Shown piece by piece: positions 1-9,043 of a DNA stretch of 64,000 nucleotides. Both the position numbers and the translations under genes were made by a program. The notes under the pieces are model-generated. The model ran no database searches and was not told where the DNA came from. It saw only the letters and a program-made list of their open reading frames with translations. The stretch is from a virus. Taxonomy: Duplodnaviria; Caudoviricetes. Each line of letters begins with the position of its first letter. The first letter of the stretch is position 1. Location: positions 605-64,604 of the IMG/VR virus record IMGVR_UViG_3300028025_001913. One strand, given 5' to 3'.

Positions 1-112
1 ATATCAACAGGGCTAGGTGCAACCAACCCCCATCGTTACAGACGTGATACAACGCAAAGCAAAAGCCCATCGTGAATACAATGGCGAACATCAAGGCTTC
101 GTGGTATTTCAT
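1..112 (-). CDS. partial small membrane protein (runs off window start)
   Basis: ATG at 112 after AAAGGAAG SD; manual translation MKYHEALMFAIVFTMGFCFALYHV..., hydrophobic. Confidence 0.55.
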   Translation of the reverse strand, partial: MKYHEALMFAIVFTMGFCFALYHVCNDGGWLHLALLI

Positions 113-126
113 TGTGCTTCCTTTCT

Positions 127-309
127 TTAGTTAAGATGTGCAGTTGCTAACGCAACGGCTAGGTTTGCCAATAGTGGCTTGATTACTTCGGGTGCATCTA
201 CATACTTCACATCATCTACATAATCCAAGGCTAGAATGATGTGTGCTAACTCCTCCGTTGTTACTTGAAGGTATAACTTCGGTGCTACGGCTTGTGGTTT
301 GTTGCGCAT
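127..309 (-). CDS. hypothetical early protein
   Basis: ORF 127..324; ATG 309 preferred (AAAGGA SD just upstream). Confidence 0.65.
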   Translation of the reverse strand: MRNKPQAVAPKLYLQVTTEELAHIILALDYVDDVKYVDAPEVIKPLLANLAVALATAHLN

Positions 310-338
310 GATATTTCCTTTCATTGGTTGATTGTGTG

Positions 339-355
339 GTGCAGAAAACCTGCAC
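339..355. promoter_or_regulatory. GTGCAG-N5-CTGCAC inverted repeat, copy 1
   Basis: GTGCAG AAAAC CTGCAC; one of five copies. Confidence 0.75.
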
Positions 356-419
356 TTGACAGAAAAGCGAACAGCGTTGAAGCCTCGCTCTCTGTCTTGT
401 TGTACAACGTGTTGTCAAA

Positions 420-845
420 TTACTTGGCAAATGCCATCGCAACAGCCTTAAGCACTTGGGCTTTCGTCATGCCCCATGCCTTGATTGCTTTAGCCTTCTT
501 TTCCACAACATCTACTTGCTTAGACGTTGTGCTACTCGTTGTGCTACTCGTAGGAAACATAGTGCGTAGCATCTCTCTAGCGTTATTCTGCGCCTTGCCT
601 ACTCTGCTAAAGCCAAGTGAGCCTTTGTAGATGCCCTTGGTAATCTTGATAGGCTTAACACCACCTTGCTTGATGCCAACAAGTTTTGCAACCTTACTGC
701 GTATATCAAGTTGTGTCTGTACGTCTGCCTTGTTGTACACAGGTATGAGTTTGCTCATTGCGTCTTGCAACTCGATACCCTTTGCAATGTACTGCTCTAA
801 CTTAGTGCAGAAAGTCTGCACCACAACTTTTTGATTCTGATTCAT
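420..845 (-). CDS. first early gene, basic hypothetical protein
   Basis: 141-aa ORF with AAGGAG SD, directly downstream of the leader terminator. Confidence 0.8.
   Translation of the reverse strand: MNQNQKVVVQTFCTKLEQYIAKGIELQDAMSKLIPVYNKADVQTQLDIRSKVAKLVGIKQGGVKPIKITKGIYKGSLGFSRVGKAQNNAREMLRTMFPTSSTTSSTTSKQVDVVEKKAKAIKAWGMTKAQVLKAVAMAFAK
805..821. promoter_or_regulatory. GTGCAG-N5-CTGCAC inverted repeat, copy 2 (intragenic)
   Basis: GTGCAG AAAGT CTGCAC. Confidence 0.7.
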
Positions 846-863
846 AATGCTCTCCTTAAAAAC

Positions 864-887
864 AAAAAGCCGAGCAAGTGGCTCGGC
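864..887 (-). terminator. intrinsic terminator/attenuator in early leader
   Basis: minus strand GCCGAGC-CACTT-GCTCGGC-TTTTT, between the promoter and the first early gene. Confidence 0.75.
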
Positions 888-926
888 AACACGTCGGCTG
901 ATGTGTGCTTCTCAACCGATAACTCT

Positions 927-935
927 ATTATACCA
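927..935 (-). promoter_or_regulatory. extended -10 promoter for early leader
   Basis: minus strand TGGTATAAT = TGn-TATAAT consensus. Confidence 0.65.
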
Positions 936-1114
936 AATGGGGATTCCTGACTAGGCTATATTGGATACCTGAAACCCCACGGGGTGGGTATAGACCTGTT
1001 TTGTGTGTGCCGTAGCGTAGACAGTACAACACTGTTCCTGACCCGCAAATTTAAAAAATGTCAAATTTTGTAAAAAAATAGCAGACTCATGTCAAACTTT
1101 ATACACTTCCACCC

Positions 1115-1142
1115 AAAAAAAGTCCCCGGGGTTGCCGGGGAC
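1115..1142 (-). terminator. intrinsic terminator
   Basis: minus strand GTCCCCGG-CAACC-CCGGGGAC followed by T7. Confidence 0.8.
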
Positions 1143-1197
1143 AATCAATCTAAATCAAGGAACACACCAACCAAACGAAGGAGAAAAGCCAGTGTTG
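1115..1197 (-). ncRNA. putative ~80-nt sRNA with two anti-SD segments
   Basis: TATAAT at 1208-1203 (no good -35), U-rich body with UCUCCUU and UUCCUU, strong terminator. Confidence 0.5.
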
Positions 1198-1228
1198 CAA
1201 TTATTATATAACAAATCTAAAAAATGCG

Positions 1229-1237
1229 TGATACAAT
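1229..1237 (+). promoter_or_regulatory. extended -10 promoter for late operon
   Basis: TGATACAAT upstream of the GGAGG SD of terS. Confidence 0.45.
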
Positions 1238-1280
1238 AAAATTTAATCGTGCCCCCCACGCTACCAAGGAGGACTTGAAT

Positions 1281-1859
1281 TTGTTTTTGGAACACCTAGT
1301 AAATCAGAATGCCGCAGATTTTGTACCAGAACTAGTTTCTGGCGAGGACTTCGTTTCCCTAGATAACCTAAACGCTTCTCAAACCCTCAACGCCCAGCTA
1401 AAGACAAGTGATTGGTTAAAGAGCCTGTCTGAAGATGATGACGATATACTTAATGATGCTCAAGAAAAAAGTGCCACCGACGCATTTAACGCTTTAGTCA
1501 CAAACAGCCCCGACGCAAAAAACAAAGTACTAGCCCTAGAAGTGCCGGAAGAGATTCGGTCTATTGTGGGAATGGTGACGGCTTATCAGTGGAAGTTTGT
1601 CGAGCAAGCGCAAGAATTGCGGAGCATGGCGGTGACTAAAATAGTTAAAGATACGGACCACCCAGACGCACGGATTCGGCTAAAAGCCTTGGAGATGCTG
1701 GGTAAAGTTACTGAGGTAGCCCTGTTTACAGAACGGGTACAAGTTAAGACTGAGGACATAAGCGACGAAGAGCTAGAAAAGCGTATTAAGGAAAAGCTTG
1801 GGCGTTACATGGGCAAGGCAGACGTAGTGGATGTTACGGCGAGCGAAGTAGATGATTGA
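1281..1859 (+). CDS. terS: terminase small subunit (putative)
   Basis: immediately upstream of TerL; RLKALEMLGK motif; in-frame TTG 1281 follows AAGGAGG. Confidence 0.7.
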   Translation: MFLEHLVNQNAADFVPELVSGEDFVSLDNLNASQTLNAQLKTSDWLKSLSEDDDDILNDAQEKSATDAFNALVTNSPDAKNKVLALEVPEEIRSIVGMVTAYQWKFVEQAQELRSMAVTKIVKDTDHPDARIRLKALEMLGKVTEVALFTERVQVKTEDISDEELEKRIKEKLGRYMGKADVVDVTASEVDD

Positions 1860-3384
1860 TATTCTGTCTCCTCAAGAAGCGATGGCTGCTCAACGGGCGA
1901 TGGCCCACATGACGAAATTTGAGAAGCTAGCGTTTTTAGAAAATTTAGAGCAGAAAGAAAACAGGGCGCAGCTTAAAAAAGCTAAAAACGACCCGATTGA
2001 GTTTGCTAAACGGATATACCCCGGGTTCAAAGTGGGACCCCATCATAGGAAACTAGCTAAAATATTTCAAGACGTAGTTGACGGGAACAAAAAACGGGTG
2101 ATTATTAATATTGCGCCTCGTATGGGTAAGTCTGAGTTCAGCTCTTATCTGTTCCCTGCTTATTTTCTAGGTAATTACCCTGAGAAAAAGATTATTATGG
2201 GCACCCACACTGCGGGGCTATCAGAAGATTTCGGTCGGCGAGTCCGGAATCTGATTGAAAGCGAGGAATACCATGACTTATTTCCAGAAACTGTGGTTGC
2301 GGATGACCAAAAAGCAGCGGGTAAGTGGTCGACCGGCGCTGGTGGACAGTATTATGCTGCTGGTGTTGGCGGTGCTCTTGCAGGTAGGGGTGCTGATTTG
2401 TTTGTTATTGATGACCCACATTCTGAGCAAGATGTAAAGTCTAATTCACGTCTAGCGTTTGATACAGCTTGGTCTTGGTTTCAGACCGGACCACTACAAC
2501 GGCTTATGCCGGGTGGGGCGATTATCGTGATAATGACCAGATGGTCGTTGCTAGACTTGACAGGGCGCTTACTGGACTACCAGATTAAGAATCCGAACAC
2601 AATTCCGTGGGAGTTGGTTGAGTTACCAGCCATATTGCACGAAGATACGGATAAAGAGAAGTCGCTTTGGCCTGAGCAGTGGCCCCTTGAGGCGCTAAAG
2701 AACACTAAAGCCAGTATTGACCCAAGATATTGGAACGCCCAGTATATGCAGAACCCCACATCCGACATGTCGGCAGTTATTGGGCGTAAAGATTGGAAAA
2801 TATGGGAGCAAGATGACCCACCTACAGTAGATTACATTATCCAGTCTTGGGATACGGCGTTTGAAACTAGTAATACAGCTGACTACTCCGCATGTACCAC
2901 ATGGGGGGTTTGGTATAACAACGAGGACAAGGGTAGCCCTAACTTAATACTGCTAGATGCGTTTAAAGACAGGATGACATTCCCAGAATTAAAGGCTACG
3001 GCGCTAAAACACTATAAAGAATGGAACCCCGATGCGTTTATAGTTGAGAAAAAAGCGGCGGGGGCACCACTAATTCAAGAACTGCGGCGGGTGGGCATTC
3101 CTGTACAAGAATTCTCCCCAAGCCGAGGTAACGACAAAATGGTCAGGCTTAACGCTGTAGCAGATTTATTTACCAGCGGTAAAGTATGGGCACCAGATAC
3201 AAGGTGGGCTAGAGAAGTAGTAGAAGAAGTGGCTAGTTTTCCTGTAGGCGAGAACGACGACTATGTGGATACGGTGTCCCAAGCACTATTGCGGTATAGA
3301 CAGGGTGGGTTTATTAGCCTTGACTCAGATGAAAAAGACGACGACCTCTTGTACAAGTACCGCCGTAAAGCGGCTTACTATTAA
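1852..3384 (+). CDS. terL: terminase large subunit
   Basis: Walker A APRMGKS, Walker B FVIDDPH, nuclease motifs QSWDTA and DDYVD. Confidence 0.95.
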   Translation: MIDILSPQEAMAAQRAMAHMTKFEKLAFLENLEQKENRAQLKKAKNDPIEFAKRIYPGFKVGPHHRKLAKIFQDVVDGNKKRVIINIAPRMGKSEFSSYLFPAYFLGNYPEKKIIMGTHTAGLSEDFGRRVRNLIESEEYHDLFPETVVADDQKAAGKWSTGAGGQYYAAGVGGALAGRGADLFVIDDPHSEQDVKSNSRLAFDTAWSWFQTGPLQRLMPGGAIIVIMTRWSLLDLTGRLLDYQIKNPNTIPWELVELPAILHEDTDKEKSLWPEQWPLEALKNTKASIDPRYWNAQYMQNPTSDMSAVIGRKDWKIWEQDDPPTVDYIIQSWDTAFETSNTADYSACTTWGVWYNNEDKGSPNLILLDAFKDRMTFPELKATALKHYKEWNPDAFIVEKKAAGAPLIQELRRVGIPVQEFSPSRGNDKMVRLNAVADLFTSGKVWAPDTRWAREVVEEVASFPVGENDDYVDTVSQALLRYRQGGFISLDSDEKDDDLLYKYRRKAAYY

Positions 3385-3391
3385 GGAAAAT

Positions 3392-3676
3392 ATGACTACG
3401 CAGAAATACATGGGCAAAGGAGTTTTGTTAGAAAGATTAACAGAACAGATGCGTACTCAGAAAAATCCACCTAGTGACCCGGAAGCAGCGGCACGGGCAG
3501 TGTTAATATCAAGGGGTCATATGAAAGAAGATGGCTCATTTACAGAAGGCGGTGAGGTGCGTAATAATATGACTGCCGAAGAGCGAGCTAAAGATAGAGC
3601 GGCTAAACGTACGGGTAAACCGGCTAATGCGTTTAATTACAACCCAAAAACAAACATGGTTTTAAGGAAAAGATAA
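3392..3676 (+). CDS. hypothetical protein
   Basis: ATG 3392 after AAGGA; stop overlaps portal start. Confidence 0.7.
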   Translation: MTTQKYMGKGVLLERLTEQMRTQKNPPSDPEAAARAVLISRGHMKEDGSFTEGGEVRNNMTAEERAKDRAAKRTGKPANAFNYNPKTNMVLRKR

Positions 3677-6132
3677 TGAGCATAGAAAAAAGTTTATACG
3701 AAGCCCCACAAGGGTTAAGCGCTTTAGCCGAAGAAGAACCGGATATTGAGATTGAAATTGAAGACCCTGAGTCAGTAAATATTAAAATGGGGGATGTCGA
3801 GATAGAGATTGACCCCGACGCAGAAGACGAAGAAAACTTTAACCAAAACCTAGTTGAGGTAATGGACGCTGGGGACTTGCAGTTACTTGCAGGAGAATTG
3901 ACAGAAGACATTGACAACGACCTTGCATCCCGTAAAGACTGGGAGAAAATGTATAAGGACGGGATTACGCTTCTTGGTTTAAAGTTTGAAGAACGCACGG
4001 AACCTTGGAGTGGGGCATGTGGTGTATTCCATCCCATGATTACCGAAGCCGTTGTGCGGTTTCAGTCCGACACCATTATGGAGACGTTTCCAGCCAAAGG
4101 ACCCGCAAGAACGCAGATTATCGGGAAAGAGACTCCTGAAAAGAAAGAAGCGGCTATTCGTGTACAAGATGACATGAACTATCAGCTTACTGAAAAGATG
4201 CCTGAGTACAGACTTGAGCATGAAAAGATGCTGTGGAACTTGCCAAGTGCGGGCTCTGCTTTTAAAAAGGTGTATTTTGACCCAAGTTTAGATAGGCAAG
4301 TAGCGGTATTTATACCCGCAGAAGACGTAATTTTGCCGTATGGGGCTAGTGATATTGAGACTTGTTCACGGATTACGCACAGAATGCGTAAGAATAAGAA
4401 CGAATTGATTAAGTTAATGAACGCTGGGTTCTACGCAGAAACCGACTTAGAAGATGAGCCAGATACATTTTTAAACGAAATTCAGCAGAAAAAAGACAAA
4501 GAAACGGGTTTTTCAGCTTCTTTTGACGACCGCTATGAGTTATATGAAATTCATGCCGATTTAGATTTGCCGGGGTTTGAGGATGTAGATGAAGACGGCG
4601 AACCAACAGGTATTGCGTTACCGTATGTAGTAACAATGCTACGTGGCACCGAAGAAATTATGGCTATTCGCCGTAACTGGAATGAAGACGATGAGCTAAA
4701 ACTTAAAAGGCAACATTTTGTCCATTACCAGTACATTCCGGGATATGGTTCGTATGGCTTTGGGCTATTTCATTTAATAGGTGGATACGCTAAGAGTGCT
4801 ACCAGTATTATGCGCCAATTGGTGGACGCCGGAACCTTATCAAACCTACCCGGCGGGCTTAAAGCTAGGGGCTTACGAATTAAGGGCGATGATACGCCAA
4901 TAGCTCCGGGAGAGTTCCGTGATGTGGACTTAGGCTCTGGTAATATAAGAGATAACATATTACCTTTACCTTATAAAGAACCGTCAGTAGTTTTATCTGG
5001 GTTAATGGATAAGATTGTTGAAGAGGGACGCAGATTTGCCGCTACTTCAGATATGAAGGTTGCGGACATGTCAAATCAAGCGCCAGTGGGTACTACTCTG
5101 GCCATTTTGGAGCGAACTCTCAAGGTAATGTCCGCTGTTCAGGCCCGTGTGCACTACACAATGAAGCAGGAATTGCAGTTATTAGCTGCAATTATTAGGG
5201 ATTACACAGACCCAGATTACACATACGAGCCAGAAGAAGGTCGGGCAAGTGCTAAGAAATCTGACTACAGCATGGTCGAAGTTATTCCTGTTAGTGACCC
5301 TAATGCTGCTACGCTTTCACAAAGAGTTGTACAGTACCAAGCGGTTATTCAGTTGGCACAGATGGCACCACAGATTTATAACCTGCCGGTGCTACATAGA
5401 CAGATGCTAGACGTCCTTGGTATTAAGCATGCAGATAAGCTTGTGCCATTGGAAGAAGATCAGAAACCAACTGACCCAGTAACAGAGAACATGAATGCGC
5501 TTAAGGGTAAACCCTTAAAAGCGTTTATTTACCAAGACCATGAATCACACATTAAGGTTCACCAGTCTGCTATGACGGACCCTATCGTACAGCAACTCAT
5601 TGGGCAGAATCCTCAAGCTCCTGTAATTATGGCGGCTATGCAGTCGCACATAGCTGAACACGTTGGGTATGCATACAGACAGAAGATTGAGTTGGCTCTC
5701 GGTGTTGCGTTGCCAAACCCAGAAGATGAAATGCCGGAAGACATGGAAAAAGAAATCAGTCGACTTATGGCTGAAGCTGCTCCGCAAGTCCTTGCGCAGA
5801 GTAAAGCAATGGTTGCGCAACAGCAAGCACAGCAGAATGCACAAGACCCGATACTACAGTTGCAGATGCAAGAGTTGCAGATTAAACAAAAAGAAGTTGA
5901 ATTAAAAGAGAAGAAAGTTATGGCAGACGCAGCGGCTAAAGCTGACGAGCTTGAGATTCAGAAACAGAAAATTGAGTCAACAGAAAAAATAGCTGGTATG
6001 AATGCGACGCTAAAAGATTTACAGGCTAAGCAAGCGTTACAAGCTAGACAAGAAGAATCAGGAGCTAAGTTAGGTTTAGATTTAGCACATAAACGTGCGC
6101 TTTTACAACAACCTAAGAAAACGGAGAAATAA
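3676..6132 (+). CDS. portal protein
   Basis: 818 aa after TerL; GSAFKKVYFD and GSYGFGL motifs; Q-rich coiled-coil C-terminus (P22-like barrel). Confidence 0.88.
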   Translation: MSIEKSLYEAPQGLSALAEEEPDIEIEIEDPESVNIKMGDVEIEIDPDAEDEENFNQNLVEVMDAGDLQLLAGELTEDIDNDLASRKDWEKMYKDGITLLGLKFEERTEPWSGACGVFHPMITEAVVRFQSDTIMETFPAKGPARTQIIGKETPEKKEAAIRVQDDMNYQLTEKMPEYRLEHEKMLWNLPSAGSAFKKVYFDPSLDRQVAVFIPAEDVILPYGASDIETCSRITHRMRKNKNELIKLMNAGFYAETDLEDEPDTFLNEIQQKKDKETGFSASFDDRYELYEIHADLDLPGFEDVDEDGEPTGIALPYVVTMLRGTEEIMAIRRNWNEDDELKLKRQHFVHYQYIPGYGSYGFGLFHLIGGYAKSATSIMRQLVDAGTLSNLPGGLKARGLRIKGDDTPIAPGEFRDVDLGSGNIRDNILPLPYKEPSVVLSGLMDKIVEEGRRFAATSDMKVADMSNQAPVGTTLAILERTLKVMSAVQARVHYTMKQELQLLAAIIRDYTDPDYTYEPEEGRASAKKSDYSMVEVIPVSDPNAATLSQRVVQYQAVIQLAQMAPQIYNLPVLHRQMLDVLGIKHADKLVPLEEDQKPTDPVTENMNALKGKPLKAFIYQDHESHIKVHQSAMTDPIVQQLIGQNPQAPVIMAAMQSHIAEHVGYAYRQKIELALGVALPNPEDEMPEDMEKEISRLMAEAAPQVLAQSKAMVAQQQAQQNAQDPILQLQMQELQIKQKEVELKEKKVMADAAAKADELEIQKQKIESTEKIAGMNATLKDLQAKQALQARQEESGAKLGLDLAHKRALLQQPKKTEK

Positions 6133-6338
6133 TGGATTTAGCAACACTTAATATTATGGAGTCGTTACGGGATAAGCTCCGTACAGACATGAATAATTTC
6201 ACTGACGATTTGGCTAATGGTCAGTGCACTAGCTTTGAGCAGTACAAAGAACTTTGCGGGGTGATTCGAGGTCTAGCCTTCGCAGAGCGTCATTTAATAG
6301 ACCTCGCTGAAAACCTAGAAAGAGCCGACAATGAGTGA
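6132..6338 (+). CDS. hypothetical protein
   Basis: 68 aa, translationally coupled; YKELCGVIRGL motif typical of the post-portal gene. Confidence 0.75.
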   Translation: MDLATLNIMESLRDKLRTDMNNFTDDLANGQCTSFEQYKELCGVIRGLAFAERHLIDLAENLERADNE

Positions 6339-6762
6339 AATACTTGATTTACCGGAAAAAGAATTGGTCTTGCCGCCGGGAGTAAAACCCCCAAAAATAG
6401 ACCATGAGTATGAAAATGCTGAACAGAAAGCCCAGTCAATACCTGACCCTAAAGGTTGGCGTGTTCTTTGCGCTTTGGTTGAAGCAGGCGATACGTTTGA
6501 TAGTGGTATTTTAAAGTCTGAGCAAACAGTCAAGATTGAGGAAATTACTTCCCCTGTTTTGTTTGTTGTAAAGATGGGACCAGATGCCTATAACGATACG
6601 GATAAGTTTCCTGATGGTCCGTGGTGTAAGGTTGGCGACTTTGTAATAACACGCCCATATACCGGAACACGCATCATGATTCACGGTAAGGAGTTTCGCT
6701 TGATTAACGACGATCAAGTTGAAGCAACAGTTGAAGACCCACGTGGCATTAGACGAGCTTAA
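6331..6762 (+). CDS. groES: GroES-like co-chaperonin
   Basis: PKGWRVL, SGIL, VVKMGPDAY, CKVGDFV, EFRLINDDQVEA. Confidence 0.85.
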   Translation: MSEILDLPEKELVLPPGVKPPKIDHEYENAEQKAQSIPDPKGWRVLCALVEAGDTFDSGILKSEQTVKIEEITSPVLFVVKMGPDAYNDTDKFPDGPWCKVGDFVITRPYTGTRIMIHGKEFRLINDDQVEATVEDPRGIRRA

Positions 6763-6774
6763 TAGGAGAAACAT

Positions 6775-7737
6775 ATGGCAGAGAACGACGAATTTAAATT
6801 TCCTCATGAACTTGAGGAAGATGACAACGTAAATATCAATATTTCCGATGAAACGGACGTTGAGATTGAAATTGAAGACGATACCCCTGAAAGAGATAGG
6901 AGAGCGGTACCCCTTGATCGTGAGGTAGAAGACCCTACTGATGAAGAGATTGAGTCTTACGGCAATAAAGCACAAAGTCGTATTAAACAATTAACTCATG
7001 CACGGCACGATGAAAGACGTGCTAAAGAGGCAATTTCTCGTGAAAAGGCAGAGCTAGAGAACATGACTCGGGCTATCATGGAGGAAAACCGTAGGCTTAA
7101 GGAGTATGTTAATTCTGGGCAAGCTAGTTATGCTGAGAATTTACAGGCTAGAGCTGAAGCAGATATGGAGATGGCACGCCGTAAATACAAGGAAGCACAG
7201 GAAAGTTATGATTCCGACGCTATGCTTGATGCGCAAGAAAATTTGACAGAAGCTAAGATGAAACTCGAAGCTGCGAAAAATTTTAAGCCTACCCCTTTAC
7301 AAACCGAAGAAAATGCTGTACAAATACAATCATCGGCACCGGAAGCACCACGACTCGACGAAAAAACCTTGCGCTGGCAAGCAAAAAACCAGTGGTTTGG
7401 GTCACCGGGATACGAAGAAGTTACGGCCTTTGCACTAGGGCTGCACCAAAAACTAGTTGCCACCGGGGTAGACCCCCGCTCTGATGGATATTTCGACCAA
7501 GTAGATGGTCGCTTAAAGCAGGTGTTTCCTGAGATGTTTGGAAACTCTGATAGAAGTACTAAACCCGCTGAGTCAGGCAAAAAACCGGCAACGGTTGTTG
7601 CATCGGCTTCTCGATCTTCGGGGGCTAAAAAAGTGATTAAATTAACAGCTACGCAAGCACGATTAGCGGAGAAGTATGGTTTAACACACAGACAATATGC
7701 AGATGAAGTACTTAAATTGGAGAGAGCAAATGGCTAA
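6775..7737 (+). CDS. scaffolding protein (putative)
   Basis: acidic N-terminus, coiled coil, position before capsid genes. Confidence 0.65.
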   Translation: MAENDEFKFPHELEEDDNVNINISDETDVEIEIEDDTPERDRRAVPLDREVEDPTDEEIESYGNKAQSRIKQLTHARHDERRAKEAISREKAELENMTRAIMEENRRLKEYVNSGQASYAENLQARAEADMEMARRKYKEAQESYDSDAMLDAQENLTEAKMKLEAAKNFKPTPLQTEENAVQIQSSAPEAPRLDEKTLRWQAKNQWFGSPGYEEVTAFALGLHQKLVATGVDPRSDGYFDQVDGRLKQVFPEMFGNSDRSTKPAESGKKPATVVASASRSSGAKKVIKLTATQARLAEKYGLTHRQYADEVLKLERANG

Positions 7738-8182
7738 TACTAGAACACCTCGGGAGTTAGAAACCCGCGAAAAAACACAAACTCGTTATGTTTATAAACC
7801 AGCGAGTACTTTACCGGAACCGGCACCGGACCCAGATTATGACTTCCATTGGATGGCTATAACTGTTAACGGGCAGGAGAATTCATCTAACATATCGCAA
7901 AAGCGACGTGATGGTTGGGTACCAGTAAAGGCAGTAGATTACCCTGAATTAGAAATAGACCCTAACAAGAATGGCGAAGTTGAAAATGGTGGTTTGCTTT
8001 TATGCAAAATACCAAAAGAAATGAACCAAGCTCGTAGAGAATATTTTGAGAAAAAGGCACAAAACCAGATGGATTCTGTGGACAATAGCTTTTTGAAACA
8101 GAGTAACCCAGATATGCCTTTGTTTGCTGAGCGTAAAAGCACAACAACTAGAGGACGTGGTTTTGGTGGTGGTGAAAAATGA
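7730..8182 (+). CDS. conserved head-module hypothetical protein
   Basis: ATG 7730 after GGAG; GWVPV and GGLLLCKIP motifs. Confidence 0.7.
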   Translation: MANTRTPRELETREKTQTRYVYKPASTLPEPAPDPDYDFHWMAITVNGQENSSNISQKRRDGWVPVKAVDYPELEIDPNKNGEVENGGLLLCKIPKEMNQARREYFEKKAQNQMDSVDNSFLKQSNPDMPLFAERKSTTTRGRGFGGGEK

Positions 8183-8207
8183 TTTTTAACTTTTAATGGA
8201 GATTTAA

Positions 8208-9026
8208 ATGGCAGCTTATCCTGTTGTTTCAGGCCCGTATGGGTTTAAGCCCGTTAATCTTATCGGTGGTCAGGTTTTTTCTGGGTCGACTCGCAATTTG
8301 CCGATTCAGTACAACTACGGCACCGCTATTTATTACGGCGATTTTGTAAAATTAACAGCTGGTTATGTAGAAATCCTAGCTAACACTATTTCCAGTAACG
8401 TGGCAGTAGGTGTTTTCTTGGGTTGTTACTATACCAATCCTACAACTAAAAACCGTCAGTTTTCGCAATACTATCCCGGCAATATAACAGCTGGCGATAT
8501 TACTGCAATTATTTGTGACGACCCAGACACCGTATTTAGGGTAGCAGTAACTACTACCGCAGGTGGTTCTACAATTGGCTCAGCTTCGTCAATTCTTGTT
8601 GGTCAAAACATGGCTGGTAACACAGCTACAGGTAACGCTACTTCTGGTAATTCTAACGGCGCTGTAGTTGGTGCTTCTAGTTCTACTGGTAATTTCCGTG
8701 TAATGAACTTAGTTCCTGACACACAAATTAGCGTTTCAGGAACCTATGTATCCGGTGGTGCTGCCGCAGCAACTTCTGTTGTTGTGTCTGGCTTACCTGT
8801 TGGTACATTTTTGCCAATCGGCACTGATGTGTTTAACTTGGTAAGTGGTCAGTTGCAGTTTACTGGCGCTACATTAAGTGCTGCATCAACTGTTACAACA
8901 ACCGGCAACACAACTTTAACTGTTACTGCTATTACAACGCAAGTAGCTGGCACTGTTGCGTTAGTTGAAACCCCAGAGGTACTCGTTAAGATTACTTTTG
9001 GTGCTCACCGCTACTACGTAGCTTAA
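8208..9026 (+). CDS. capsid decoration/minor capsid protein (putative)
   Basis: directly before MCP; PYGFKPV, GVFLGC, DDPD motifs. Confidence 0.6.
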   Translation: MAAYPVVSGPYGFKPVNLIGGQVFSGSTRNLPIQYNYGTAIYYGDFVKLTAGYVEILANTISSNVAVGVFLGCYYTNPTTKNRQFSQYYPGNITAGDITAIICDDPDTVFRVAVTTTAGGSTIGSASSILVGQNMAGNTATGNATSGNSNGAVVGASSSTGNFRVMNLVPDTQISVSGTYVSGGAAAATSVVVSGLPVGTFLPIGTDVFNLVSGQLQFTGATLSAASTVTTTGNTTLTVTAITTQVAGTVALVETPEVLVKITFGAHRYYVA

Positions 9027-9043
9027 CCCTAGGAGATATTTAA

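Noticed and set aside
339-355. Palindrome as paired BsgI (GTGCAG) restriction sites
   Set aside because: A phage gains nothing obvious from clustering target sites; fixed spacing and start-codon proximity fit a binding site better.
888-911. H-type pseudoknot or known riboswitch in the early leader
   Set aside because: The linker after stem 1 is about 1 nt, too short; no preQ1, SAM-II, fluoride or c-di-GMP consensus recognised.
1161-1167. Pairing of sRNA GUGUGUU with leader loop AGCACAC (903-909)
   Set aside because: Only 7 bp including a G-U pair; not distinguishable from chance without covariation.
1224-1280. ATG 1224 as the TerS start
   Set aside because: No SD at suitable spacing, and it overlaps a promoter-like TGATACAAT; TTG 1281 has AAGGAGG.
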